NCBI GenBank assembly: GCA_030264375.1
Contig: JASCQW010000001.1
Coordinates: 100,004,222-100,068,221 of the forward strand
From: Carcharhinus longimanus
Lineage: Eukaryota
DNA length: 64,000 bases
Direction: 5' to 3'
Every line of letters starts with the position of its first letter. Within the stretch, counting starts at the first letter, position 1. The notes beneath the pieces are model-generated. The model searched no databases. It was not told the DNA's origin and worked only from the letters and a program-made list of their open reading frames with translations. Both the position numbers and the translations under genes were made by a program. Below are positions 37,736 through 50,058 of the stretch, one piece after another.

Positions 37736-38049
37736 GGGTGGCACAGTGGCTAGCATTGCTGCCTCACAGCGCCAGGGACCCAGCTTCGATACCAGCCTCA
37801 GATCGCAGTCTGTGCGGAGTCTGCGCATTCTCCCCGTGTCTGCGTGGGTTTCCTTTGGGTTCTCCAGTTTCCTCCCACACTCCAAAGATGTGCGGGGTTA
37901 GGTGGCTGGCCATGCTAAATTGGCCCTGAGTGTCCGGGGATTAGCAGGGTAGCTACATGGGGTTGCGGTGGTAGGGCCTGGGTGGGATTCTTGTGGGTGC
38001 AGGCTCGATGGGCTGAATGGCCTCCTTCGGCACTGTAGAGATTCTAAGA
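37736..38049 (+). mobile_element. HE1-like SINE, tail A
   Basis: GGGTGGCACAGTGGCTAGCATTGCTGCCTCACAGCGCCAGGGACCC...GCTGAATGGCCTCCTTCGGCACTGTAGAGATTCT. Confidence 0.9.
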
Positions 38050-38873
38050 TCTCCAATGGCTGCCTTACCAGGAGAACAGGGCACCAGCAGTCACCTCGTC
38101 CGCGGCTGAGATCATCCGATTCCGCTGTTGCGAATGAAGATTCGGCTGAGTTCCAAATACTCCGTTCTCGCTGGCAGCAGTAATAGGGTGCGCGAGACCA
38201 GAGAATTGTGGCCCAGGTCTCCGAATTGCTAGTTGGGATAATCACTAAGCTACTAATACATAGTGGTGTTCCATAAATAATTCAGTTAAAAGAAAAGCAG
38301 ACAAATTAAAAAGTAGCAGTTCATGAACCTATCCCATGTGGTTTCAAGTGATTTGCAATCCATTTGAATGGCGAACAAAGTTTTGATCATTTCCATCCTT
38401 CCTCAGGCAGTTCCTAACTCGGATCTCTCAGCACTGGGCTAGGAAGCAGTATCAATACAATGAAATGCGTTTTACACTTGTATCTATCAATAATACATTG
38501 GCAATCACCGTACCAGCACTAAATGCTCTTTAAGCAAGAGTTAAGAAGGAATAAACCATCGGGAGAGCCGGCACTGCACCATCCAAATTAGTCCAGCAAA
38601 CTCACAACACTGGATAAAAAGATCGAAATCAAAGCCTAGGCTTCAATGAGAGGCTTAGGCCTTCAAATAAAAACTTCAATAGAGGAATTATAACACGCAG
38701 AAAACAATTCGGCCGTGCAGTTATTCCTGTCATTACATGAAAAACATCAATTATTTTGTCTCTAAGCCTTTCATTTGGACTTTAGAAATTTCATTGACGG
38801 AAAAATCGGAATCGACCACCTGGAGTGATTTGTTGGAATTCAGTCACTAGATTGTGTGATCGTTATGGTGACA

Positions 38874-39128
38874 TCATAGGTGCAGAAAGAGGCCATTCGG
38901 CCCTATCCCCGTGCATTTACCCTGCTAATCTGCCTGACAGTAAGGGTCAATTTAGCATGACCAATCCACCTAATCCACACATCTTTGGACAGTGGGAGGA
39001 AACCGGAGCGCCCGGAGGAAACCCAGGCAGACGTGGGGAGAACGTGCAAACTCCACACAACACAGTCACCCGAAGCCGGAACTGAACCCAGGTCCCTGGC
39101 GCCGTGAGGCAGCAGTGCGAACCACTAT
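38874..39128 (-). mobile_element. HE1-like SINE with an internal deletion
   Basis: Head, V-domain-like core and GCCGAATGGCCTCTTTCTGCACC tail on the minus strand. Confidence 0.9.
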
Positions 39129-39811
39129 GGTACTGTGCTGTCTCACTCATGAATAGCCACCAGGGGCAGAGTCTTATGGAGGTGACAGGGGTCTTGGCCG
39201 CAGGCTGGATAGCTAGCTAGACCCTGCGTCACTTCTTTCTGAGAAAACCAGTCACATCTTGTGCCGCTCAGTCATCTAGAAGGCAGCGGAACATTCCCTG
39301 GGATCAAGGAACCAGACGTTCTACCCACGAAAAGCTGCCAGCCACTCGGGGGCCATTTTGCACTCAGCAGCGCCACTGGGGAGGAGGAGGCCGCTGCCAG
39401 TACTACAGCTACCTGATGTCCAAGAGGGTCCCGGGCAACTGTAGGGGAGTGGTGGCGGCGGGGGAGGGGTGTTGAGGGGGTTCAACAGCAAGGACATGGC
39501 TCTTAGCAGGACCCTCCCCTTTCCCAATGATCGGGCACCGAACGCCTTGAAACAAGGGTCCCCATCCCCATCCACACCCCACATGTTAGGTCAAGCCAGC
39601 AGTGGTAGGGCAAGGTGGTCAACACAGGCCTTCCTGTGACTGAGCTTATCAGGGCGTTCCCACCCGTCTCCTTCCTACCTGATCAACTGTGTTCCCCCCC
39701 CCCCACCCCCACCCCCACCCCACATCACCATCACACCCCCAGCCCCGAGTGAGAGCACAAGATCTCACCCTGTCTGTCACACAGTGTGACACATAACGAA
39801 AAGGCAGACCA

Positions 39812-39829
39812 CAGCACCACCTAGAGGCG
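39812..39829 (-). promoter_or_regulatory. CTCF-like motif
   Basis: Minus strand CGCCTCTAGGTGGTGCTG is a near match to the CCNCYAGRKGGCRC core. Confidence 0.35.
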
Positions 39830-39887
39830 AAACAGGTTTCCACTGAAACGCCTTCCCCACAAAGCAATCAAATCTCCCACTGGGTTG

Positions 39888-40197
39888 CACAGTGCAGGAG
39901 GAGGCCCTTCGGCCCATCGAGTCTGCACTGACAACAATCCCACCCAGGTCCTATCCCCGTAACCCCACACATTTACCCAGCTAATCCCTCTAAACAATGC
40001 GTTCCGGAACACTAATGGGCAATTTAGCATGGTCAATCAACCTGACCACGCATCTTTGGAGTGTGGGAGAAAGCTGGAGCACCCAGAGGAAACCCATGCA
40101 GACACGGGGAGAATGTGAGACAGATAGTCACCCAAGCCAGGAATTGAACCCAGGTCCCTGGAGCTGTGAGGCAGCAGTGCTAACCACTGTGCCACCC
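39888..40197 (-). mobile_element. HE1-like SINE, tail A
   Basis: GGGTGGCACAGTGGTTAGCACTGCTGCCTCACAG head; CAGACTCGATGGGCCGAAGGGCCTCCTCCTGCACTG tail. Confidence 0.9.
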
Positions 40198-40379
40198 GAT
40201 TGAGATTGACATATATTGTGTATGTCAATCTCAATTGGATAACAGAAAGGTGTTTATTTGCCATCCTTTCTATTTAAGAGAGGATGAAAATTAGAAGGAA
40301 AAATAAGAAAAATCTTACGCTGCAGATATAGTTTATGCTGGTGTGCAGATTTTCTCTGGTAATTAGAATTGATAAGTTT

Positions 40380-40507
40380 CAGCAATTGTCCCTTAGTGTC
40401 AGGGGGACGAGCTAGGGTTGGGGTTATGGGGATAGCTGGAATAGTGGTCGGTGCAGACTTAATGGGGTGAATGGCCTCCTACAGCACTGTAAAATTCTCT
40501 GATTCTA
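40380..40507 (+). mobile_element. HE1-like SINE 3' fragment
   Basis: AATTGTCCCTTAGTGTCAGGGGGA...GGTCGGTGCAGACTTAATGGGGTGAATGGCCTCCT. Confidence 0.8.
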
Positions 40508-41799
40508 AGGATTTCCTGTCTTAAAACTCTTTAATATGATGAACTTTGTATAGTCTGCATAAAAAGTATAATGTAAAGACCTGCAACATGAGGGAAGCAT
40601 AAAATTAAATAAGATGCAGCAATTCATGATGATTCTTTTTAAAGGTACAATGATACCCAACAATAACTCAATAGTAACAGCTATACCAGCCAAGTTTCTA
40701 CAATGATCCTCCTTCACAGAATCAAGAGTGAAGGTGCAAAGCTTCTTGAAGTTTGAAATGCCCAAGGCACTTTGTTTGGAGTTTTTAAGGATGGAAATAA
40801 AATGCAATCCCTCAGAGAGACTGATTTGGCAATCTTGTTTGTTGGTATGGGCATGCATTCCTGAAGAAGATGTAGAGCTATGTAGCTAACACGGTAGTGA
40901 TATACTGCCAGTGATCAGATGCTGCCTGGGAGAAAGCAAAATGGTGAAGGTCAGTGACCGCTCACTATTATGATTGAAAGTAACTTCCACATAGTCAGGA
41001 ATTTGGTTCTGTTCTCTTTCTTTCATTGTTAATGTTAGAAAGATTCCTTTCCTTCACACTAGTAATTTTATACAAACATAAATGGCACTTTTTTAGGTTT
41101 GAGGACTGATATAAAAGCAAAAACATTGGAAGTGCTGGTACGTCTGTCAGCAACTAAACAAGAAATACAAGGAAAACTTTTGGGTGAGAATTGGTAAGAA
41201 GAATGAATTCAGCTTCTGTCATAGGACTGGTCAAAACAAAAGCAATGGGGAGGATAACAGGTTTAAAGTTTATTGCAAAAAAACCAGCTTAGATGGCATT
41301 TTTAGCGTTAAGTGAGATGTATAGTTTTACTTTCAGTTTTGATGTTGGCATAAGATTTTTTAAAAATATTTTCAACATAGTACCTCACCTTCAGGAGTTC
41401 CCAGCCTGGAAAGCAGGAAGTCCCTTTCAAAATCCAGTGTTGTGGCACCAGTTGGTCATTACTGAGAGATAATAAATGCTAACATTCTTTGCTTGTTAAT
41501 TGATTTTGTTCAATGTCATAACCATGCAGTTTAATTGATTGGAAACTCCTTCATTGAAATCCTGAGACAGCACAAAGCTATACATCAGTTGAATTGCACA
41601 AATAGCTTTTAGATGTGTTCCCCTGAGAGCATTTCAGTTGTTACTTCAAGAAGAATAGCAGAATCCCCCATTTCAGAGACAATGGCCAGAGGTTAACCCA
41701 GTAGTGAGGAGGAACATGGTCTTTTTCTTTTGTGTAACCTGTAAGTCACTAAAACTAAGTAGCACTTTAATGCACTAAATATCCTCATGTGACATGTCC

Positions 41800-41965
41800 A
41801 TATAGCTAAATAGGTTCTTGATTAACAAGGGGGTGAAAGGTTATCGGGAGTAGGCAGGAATGTGGGCTTGAGGTTACATTCAGATTAGCTCTGCTCCTAC
41901 TTACTGGTGGAAGAGGCTCAAGTGACTAAGTGGTCTACTCATGTTCCTAATTCATATGTTTGTAT
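41800..41965 (+). mobile_element. CR1 3' tail fragment
   Basis: TAGGTTCTTGATTAACAAGGGGGTGAAAGGTTATCGGG...GGTCTACTCATGTTCCTAATTCATATGT. Confidence 0.75.
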
Positions 41966-44900
41966 GTATACATGCGAACAAAAAAACAATTTCTCCCATT
42001 GCATATGATTGACTGAGATGTATTTAGCAGTTTGGCATCATCCTATTTGATGTCAAACTCCAGAAGAGTTTGGCTACTTTCAACTCTGAAAAACAATTTG
42101 TCTATTCTGATGTTTTGCTGAGGAGGTACATATAAAAAGATGCATACATCTCATAAATAAGAGAAAGCACTGATATCTATTTTCCTTTGTATGATAATAG
42201 CATTGTTGACGTACTGCCTGAAATTATTTTCCTCATGTGTAGTATGGGAGCAATCACTGGAATAAGCATGTGCAATCCCATCATTGTGGTCACTACATTT
42301 GTGTGCCAGACTACCGGACAGTCGAAGCACATTTGTCACTGCTACATGCGAATTTTCAACCCATTAGCTCTGCGAAACTGACATCAAAATACTTGTATAA
42401 GCCAGCTAAATTAAACAGCATTGCCCCAGCGATGCTAATCCTGGTGGGTGGATCAATACTGGACCTAGCCAAAGGCCACTTCAAAGTACTAAATGGAACT
42501 TGCACAATCCATTTGTTAGACATGCATGTAATTGCTGCAATCCTACCCCTCTGCCATTGTCATAAATCTACCAGTCATGTGAACATGTGTCTGTTTTCAG
42601 CAGGTGGCATCTTGTGGCAGCATTATGAAATTCTGGACTTCACTTTATGTCACCTCCATGTATATTGATGGGCTTTTCATGTTTCACAGCCCATCTGGAT
42701 TTCACTGATTTGGTTAAACTAATTTTTAAATCCAAATTGATCTATTGCCGTACTTCCATTTTAAGATGAATCCTATTCACTTTTCACATTTTTAAATTCA
42801 CATTTTGTATTGACACAAAGGAGTTTCTGTTTCACAACAGTCTTGCCTGTCCAGCAGCCAAATTATTTGAAATGTGAGATTTGGAGCTGAATTTTCACTC
42901 CCGAGTTGGGAGGGCAGATTTGGGACGTTATTGATGCTGCAAACCCAATGCTGGAGAAGTGCCTCATGTCTTTTGTATTTTCACTTGGTGTCGGGTACAT
43001 GGAGAGTGCTAACAGGAATCAGGCCAGCTGACCAAAGAAAGGGCTGCTGGGTTTGGAGGCGAGTTGTTCATAAGACCCATCTCAGTGCTCTGGAGAAACA
43101 ATAAAACAGCAAACAACCCTCTAGCCCTTGCCTGTCACATTCCCTCACCCTACGCCCAACCCATGGTCCATTCATGGCAATTCATGCTACTTCAAGTCTT
43201 GCATCCATCCCTATGGCAGATCATGCCGTCCAGTCATACTTTCCAATCTGAGTCCCCATATATCCACATGGCTCTTTATAGCCCATGTGCCAACTTATAC
43301 AATAATATACTTCCACTCTTTCCACACTCCAAGCCAATTTACTAGTATCCACCATGGGCAGACTCCAGGAGCCATGGAGAGATTAAATAAAGTTCCAAGT
43401 GACTATTGCAGACAAAACACTTTTACTGATAACATTTAAATCCCTTCAAATACCCAATGACTTATAAAAATAAATTTTTATTCAAGTGTTTAATCCCTTA
43501 TGAAAACATATGTATGTTCATAGCCCCACATCAAAGACTGCTAATCTATTTACAACAATTTGGCGTGTCAATCAAACTGAACTTACCACCCCCTCCCCCA
43601 TTGTGCTAATGACAGATTGTGGGAGGAGTCAAGTAGTATTAATCATTACGTCAATAGCCAGTGAAATAGCAAGTTTCTTTTTTAACTGCAGACTGGATAT
43701 CGTTTCTGTTTTCCCAAAAATTTAAAGAGCTTGACAGTTCCACAGAGCTATATATATTTGTACACATTTAGGTCTATTCTTCACAATCCCAAAGGGACAC
43801 CTGATTTCTCCCAAAGGGCATGTTACCTCTCTGAGGGGAAGGCCTTGCCTTTCCAAATAGTTCCAGCAACTTTAGACCTTTTCGTCAAATATCTAAAGGC
43901 TACAAGTCATGTTTTGGAAATCCCAATAATAAAAATTGCATCTATTTGAAAGCAGCTATATTTTTCCATGTGCAACTGCCTCCATGAATCACAGATGCAC
44001 AAACTGCAGCCCACCCTGACTCCAAACCCTCCCTTCACCCGCCATGAAAATGGTTGCTTCCGGATGTGGGGATAGGACCTCTAGAATTGGGGCTCAGGTT
44101 TTAGTTAAAGTGCAGAGCCCTTCTGACTTGGTGAAAATTCAGGTCATTGCTTGAGATGAGAGAGTGCTTCTAAGAACTGTTGCACACCACTGTAATTGCA
44201 TTTTGTACAAGGTTGTATAAAATTACGTTCCAGGACTCTGTGCTTTATTTGGGGTAAAATGGTGGAATCATGGCAGTCACGTTAACTGGTTCTGAATTCT
44301 GCCAACAGCAATCCTTGTTGGTTTGATTGTTAAAGGTTTCAAAGGGGCTCAAGTTACCTTAGTGGTGTCATGGTGTGACATATGTTAGTAAAATGTACTG
44401 GAATGTGGACACGTTACCATTTTATTTTGCAAAAGCTGCACAGAATGGACAATTTACCTTAACAAAATGGACTCTAGGGGAGTCATTTCTTTTATGTTTT
44501 CTGTAGACAGACAGATATTTCCGAACATATCTCTGAGAAATTAAAATGCAAGTGGCGTTCCCTGATTGGCTGTCCCTTCGCCATCTCAAGGGAAGACATT
44601 TTAAACAGAATGATTGCCAGACTTAATGGCTCTATGAAGATGGAATTTCAAATAAAGACATTGCAGAGGTCTTGACTGCCAAAACAGAGGTAGCAACAAA
44701 CAGATCAACACAATCCAGTTAAGCTTCTTCAACTCTAGGTTTGAAGAGGCACCTGCTTTCAGAACATGAATGTTACCAGCCAACATTTTCCAGCTCTTCC
44801 AGCTGGCAGAATCTTTTTGTTCTGTCAATGGTGACCCCCCCACCCCCACCCCATGGTGAGATCCTTGGCAGAGTAGATATCGGCAAGTCTGAAAGATCCC

Positions 44901-45099
44901 ATTGTCAGCTAGTGGTGGGTCACATCTGCCGCCAAAAGATATGCTAGGGGGTGACCAGAAGATTCCACCCACTATTATCATATTAAATTTTCTGTGAGCC
45001 GCTCATAGCCCAGGCAAATTTCAGTTGGAAGGGAAAAANNNNNNNNNNNNNNNNNNNNNNNNNNNNNNNNNNNNNNNNNNNNNNNNNNNNNNNNNNNNN

Positions 45100-45315
45100 T
45101 AAGAAGTCTCTCAACACTAGATTAAACTCCATTAATTTTTTTGGTATCATGAGCTTTTGGAGCGCTGCTCCTTCATCAGGTGAGTTGGCCACTCACCTAA
45201 TGAAGGAGTGGTGCTCCAAAAGCTTGTGATACTAAATAAACCTGTTGGACTTTAATCTGGTGAGTGAGACTTCTTACTGTGCCACCCCAGTCCTATGCCG
45301 GCATCTCCACATCAT
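45100..45315. mobile_element. Inverted pair of Penelope-like terminal repeats (imperfect palindrome, arms about 86 bp)
   Basis: 45100-45185 is the approximate reverse complement of 45191-45276, with spacer TGGCC. The right arm is homologous to 15875-16010. Confidence 0.85.
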
Positions 45316-47629
45316 GTTTAACTTGTTTAATGCGTAGTCTTACACGTTTAATAGAAGTATTCATGTGTAGCATTGCTCAGTGCTGAATAGCTCTTCAGCT
45401 ACATAACAGTACTCAATCTATACACCATCACTAAAGTATGGAGGTAAAGATCTTCCAGTAAAATGATAGTGAACATTTACTGATCAGTATTTCAAAGGTA
45501 CTGTGACAAAAAGAAGACAGCCAAAAACCTATTTTAAATGAGAAACAGAGTGTAAAATAATCGCACTATGACAATCGCATAATGAACCGTTGCCATGGAC
45601 TATGAATGCAATCACGATTGAAAATTTTCAATAGTAATTTGACAGAATCGTGACACAGGAGAGAGGAGGATGAGGAACTTGTGTTCTGAAAAGGGCTCAA
45701 GTGGATCCTGCACATATGAATACCCCTAAACAACAGCCCCATACTTTTCAATATTTGATATTTCTCTGTCTCTGGAGAGGAATCATTATTGTGATGTTCC
45801 ACACATAGCATACAGGTTTCACTGGATGTCATCAGGAATTTTACCTAGTTTCATTAAAAGGAAAATTAATTGATCGTAGAGTTCGGTAAAACCATTGAGG
45901 TGCAGAGAACATAGATGCATGTAGAAGGATCTGTTGCATTCCTCCTTTTTTTTATTCGGATACGATAGACATATCTAAATCTAGCTGTTTAGCTGTCTCT
46001 ATTTCTTGCAAGTATTCTTGTTGATGATTCTCATATTAAATATGCAGCTTGCTGAAACATGACAGATACAGCACCAATACATACAACCTAAATATTTATT
46101 CTGACAGAAAACAGACTGTTTACAGAATGTGAAACTATACAAGTTTATTGTTTGTAGCTTTGATTTAACCATACTAGAAGAGTTTGTAATGCATGTTTAC
46201 ACATGCCCACACTGGAAATTTCCATTTGCAATTTTTTAAATGGTGTGCGTGCAGAGGAGCGGAACCCCCTCATCATCCACTGCTGGCACCAAACACTGTT
46301 TGGTCAGGTAGAGCACAGTTGGTTGCAGAGTTAAATTGTGGCCAGAATTCTCTGATTATTCACGCCAGCAGGATTCCACGATCGAACCTGCAGCACATCC
46401 TGCGGGTTTCGCGGCGGCATGGATGACATCAATGGGAAATCCCATGACAGTGGCAGGACCAGAGAATGTCACCGTTAGCGAATAGTATATCACCTCCTGT
46501 CACCGGCAAACGCAAATCTGCGAGCCCATTGTCTGCGGAGGCAGAAACTGTTACAAATCAGTGACTTTTCGGCAGTTGCCACAAAATATGATCGGCTTGA
46601 AACATTCGATGTGTTTCTCTCTCCACAGACAGTGTTCATTTTTCAAGCATTTTCTGTTTTACTCCAGATTTCCAGCATCCACAGAATTTTGCTTTCGTGG
46701 CAATCTACTGTAATATTTTTCAACAACGTGCATAAGCCCCAACCTCTGAAAAGCATCTCCTATTGTACCACCCTGGCCTTTTTACTTTCCCACATCAGGT
46801 ACTGTCTCTCTGAATACACTGGTAAATTTGTGGCAGATTAGGAACAGTTTTGTTTTGTAGGCTCATTATGCACAGAATACTTACAAATAGTGGACTTCTG
46901 ATCCATTGATCTGGTGTGAATTTGAAGCCAGGTGAAAGGCCAGTGTCTAATATCATTGATTCACCTTTTAATATTGGTCACTACTCATTTTTTTGCACAG
47001 AAAATGCAACATGGAAACCTGCTGTTGAGCCCAACCAGTCCTTGTTCATGTTTATCCTTTATTCAAGCACTGATCTTAATCCCATATGCCCGTTGTGGTC
47101 CTATGTCTATTTATTGTCCTTGTGTTCAACTGCCCATCTAATCTGTTGGCACAGTTTCAATTCAATCATCAATTCTGGCCTCTGCTACCTCATAACTCTC
47201 TGTGCAAAAAAAAAACTTTTTTTGTTCCCTCAATGCTTTTATAACTGATCATATAGTCTTTTCAATTTCCATTTTTCTTTAGGGATTTTTACTGGTACTT
47301 CAGGGATCAAATTTTGTGGTTGTGCTCACTTTTCCATGAAATTAGTTTTGAATCCTTTGTTGTTTTTCTTTACCCTTTTTATGTCATTGTTGAGTGTTTA
47401 GCCATCCATTTTTGTTGTCATTCCCTTCAGTTTTGATTTGTCATTTGTTTCTGAATCTGAAATTTGAGACAATCTTGTAACTGTGATGCAGAATTTACAT
47501 ATCAGAAATGTGTTGGATAAACTACTCCCAAAACTTGTCCTTGTAGACTGATCATTGGACAGATGTCTGATTCTATCCAGCTTATTTCATTATCTTTATT
47601 TCCAAAGAAAACTCAACAAATCACAACAC

Positions 47630-49640
47630 CAAAAACAAAAAATGTTGGAAAATCTCAGAAGGTCTGACAGCATCTGTGGGGAGAGAGTAGAGCCAACGTT
47701 TTGAATCTAGGTGACTCTTTGTCAGGGCTGAGAGCAAAGAGAATCAGCAGAGATTTATACTATAATGGGGTGGGGTGGTGACTGGTGTGGAATTGGGCAA
47801 AGGAAATGTAAATGAGGATACAGAAGTCTGACAATGTGCTAAGAGTGTCCATTAAGTGATCAGAATGTGAGAATGTCAGGACAGGTATACAGATTGTTAA
47901 AAGACTGCCTGAGGAATGTGGAAGTTGCCCTGAAGTGAGGGTGGGGGGTTTTGGAAAGAAGGAGAACTGAAATATAGAAGTGAAAAAGAAGGATGATAAA
48001 AATGGATGAATGAGATGAAATGAAATGAAGTCAAATAAATGGAAATGGGGTGAAGGTGGAGGGGAGAGTTTTGCTCTGAAGCAATTGAGTTCAGTGTTCA
48101 GTCTGGAAGGCTGTAAAGTGCCCATTCGGAAGACGAGGTTCTGTTCCTCCAGTTTGCGTTGGGCTTCACTGGAACCTTGCAAAAGGCCAAGGACAGACAA
48201 GTGGACAGGAGAGCAGGGTGGTGTGTTGAAGTGGCAAGTGACAGGAAGGTCAGGTTTCTGCTTGCGGATAGATTGAAAGTGTTCAGCAAAGCTGTCAGCC
48301 AGTCTGGTTTGATCTCCGATGTAGAGTAAACCACACTGGGAGCAGCGAATACAATAAACCAGACTGAAGAAGGTGCACGTGAAGCGTTGCTTCACCTGAA
48401 AGGGGTGCACCTGATGAGCGGCAGGGAGATAAAGGGGCAGGTGTTACAGTTTCTATGATTGCAAAGGAAGGTTCCATGGACAGGCAGTGAGGTGTTGGGT
48501 ATGATGGAGGAGTGGACCACGGCGTCCCAGAGAGAGCAGCCACTGTGGAATGCTGACGGGGTAAAGGGAAGATGTTCTGGGTAATGACATCACACTGGAG
48601 TTGGTGGAAATAGTGAAGGATGATCCTTTGAACGTGGAGACTGGTGAGGTGAAAAGTGAGGACAAGGGTGGACCCTATCCTGATTCTGGGAGGGAGAAGA
48701 GGGGGTGAGAGCAATTGTCAGAGGGATGGGTTGTGTGTGGTTGAGGGCCCTGTCGACCACAGTGGGTGAAAAACCACAATTGAGGATTAAGGAAGACCTA
48801 TCGGCAGCACTATTTTGGAAAGTGGCATCATCAGAACAGTTGCCACAGAGGTGAAGGAATTGAGAGAATGGGATGGAGTCCTTCCAGGATGTGGAGTGTG
48901 AAGAGCTGTAGTCAAGGTAGTTGTGGGGGTCAGTGGGCTTGTAATGGATACTAGTGGACAGTTTATCACCAGAAACGGAGACAGAGAGGTCAAGGAAGGG
49001 AAGGAAAGTGACAGAATGGACCATGTGAAGGTGATAAAGGGATGGAAATTGGAAGCATAATTGATAAATTTTTCCAGGTCTGGACAGGAGCATTAAGTAG
49101 CGCTGAAATAGTTGTCGATGTACGGATTTAAAGGAGTTGTGGGAGGGGGCCAGAGTAGGACTGGAACAGAGAATGCTGTGCATAACCCATAAAGAGATGG
49201 GCATAACTGGGACCCATGTGGGTGCCCAGAGCCACTCATTTTACTTGGAGGAAGTGAGACGAGTTAAAGGAGAAATTGTTGAGTGAGAGAACCAGTTCAG
49301 CCAGACGGAGGAGAATGGTGGTGGATGGGGATTGTTCAGACCTCCATTCGAGGAAGAAGCAAAGAGCTTTCAGGCCATCCTAGTGGGGAATGGAGGTGTA
49401 GAGAGTTTGGATGTCCATGGTGAAGTGGAGTTGGTTTGGGCCAGTGAACTGGAAGTTGTTGATGTGGCATAAGGCATCAGAGGATGTAGGTAGGGACTGG
49501 ACAAGAAGAGAGAGAATGGAGTCAAAATAGGAGGAAGTGAGTTTGGTGGAGCAGGAACAAGCTGACACGATGGGCCTACCGAGGCAGTTCTGTTTGTGAA
49601 TTTTGAAGGAGGTAGAAGTGGGCTATGCAGGGGAGGAAAA
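47630..49640 (-). mobile_element. Decayed Penelope-like retroelement (RT plus GIY-YIG endonuclease)
   Basis: RT motifs FTMDIQTLYTSIPH and LPFLDLSVSVSGDKLSTSIHYKPTDPHNYLDYSSSH; GIY-YIG region FTCTFFSLVYCIRCSQCGLLYIG...FAEH and C-terminal RKLEEQNLVFRMGTLQP. Multiple frameshifts. Confidence 0.95.
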
Positions 49641-49769
49641 AGCAAGAGCTTTGATAGAAATACGGTTAGTACTTACAGATTCATGAATAACTATTCATTT
49701 TTTGTAACTGGTTCAAATGTGTAAGGGGAAAACTGGTTTATAATATAGTACTTCAATAAATGTGCATGC

Positions 49770-50058
49770 ATATGAATTATGAGTAGTTGGCCATTCAGCC
49801 CCTCTAACATACTCTGCCATTTAATAAAATCATGATTAATCTTGAAGTTTAAAGTTTATTTATTAGTCACAAGTCAGGCTTACATTAACACTGCAGTGAA
49901 GTTCTATGAAATTCCCTAGTTGCTACATCTGCTGCCTGTTTGGGTCAATGCACCTAATCTGATTGTAAATTCAACCCTGCCTAACCCTGATAACCTTTCA
50001 CCCTCTTGTTAATCAGGAATCTATCTATCTCTGCCTTAAAAACATCCAAAGATTCTGG
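49770..50058 (-). mobile_element. CR1 3' tail with a nested SINE tail-B fragment (about 49845-49957)
   Basis: GGCCATTCAGCCCCTC tail resumes after AAAGTTTATTTATTAGTCACAAG...ATGCACCTAA. It matches the reverse complement of 41800-41860. Confidence 0.75.

Larger units (their letters stand above)
36850..39900. promoter_or_regulatory. CpG-retaining zone, probable H6PD promoter / 5' region
   Basis: By eye, CpG is much more frequent here than elsewhere, including inside the embedded SINE and MITE copies. Not quantified. Confidence 0.5.
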
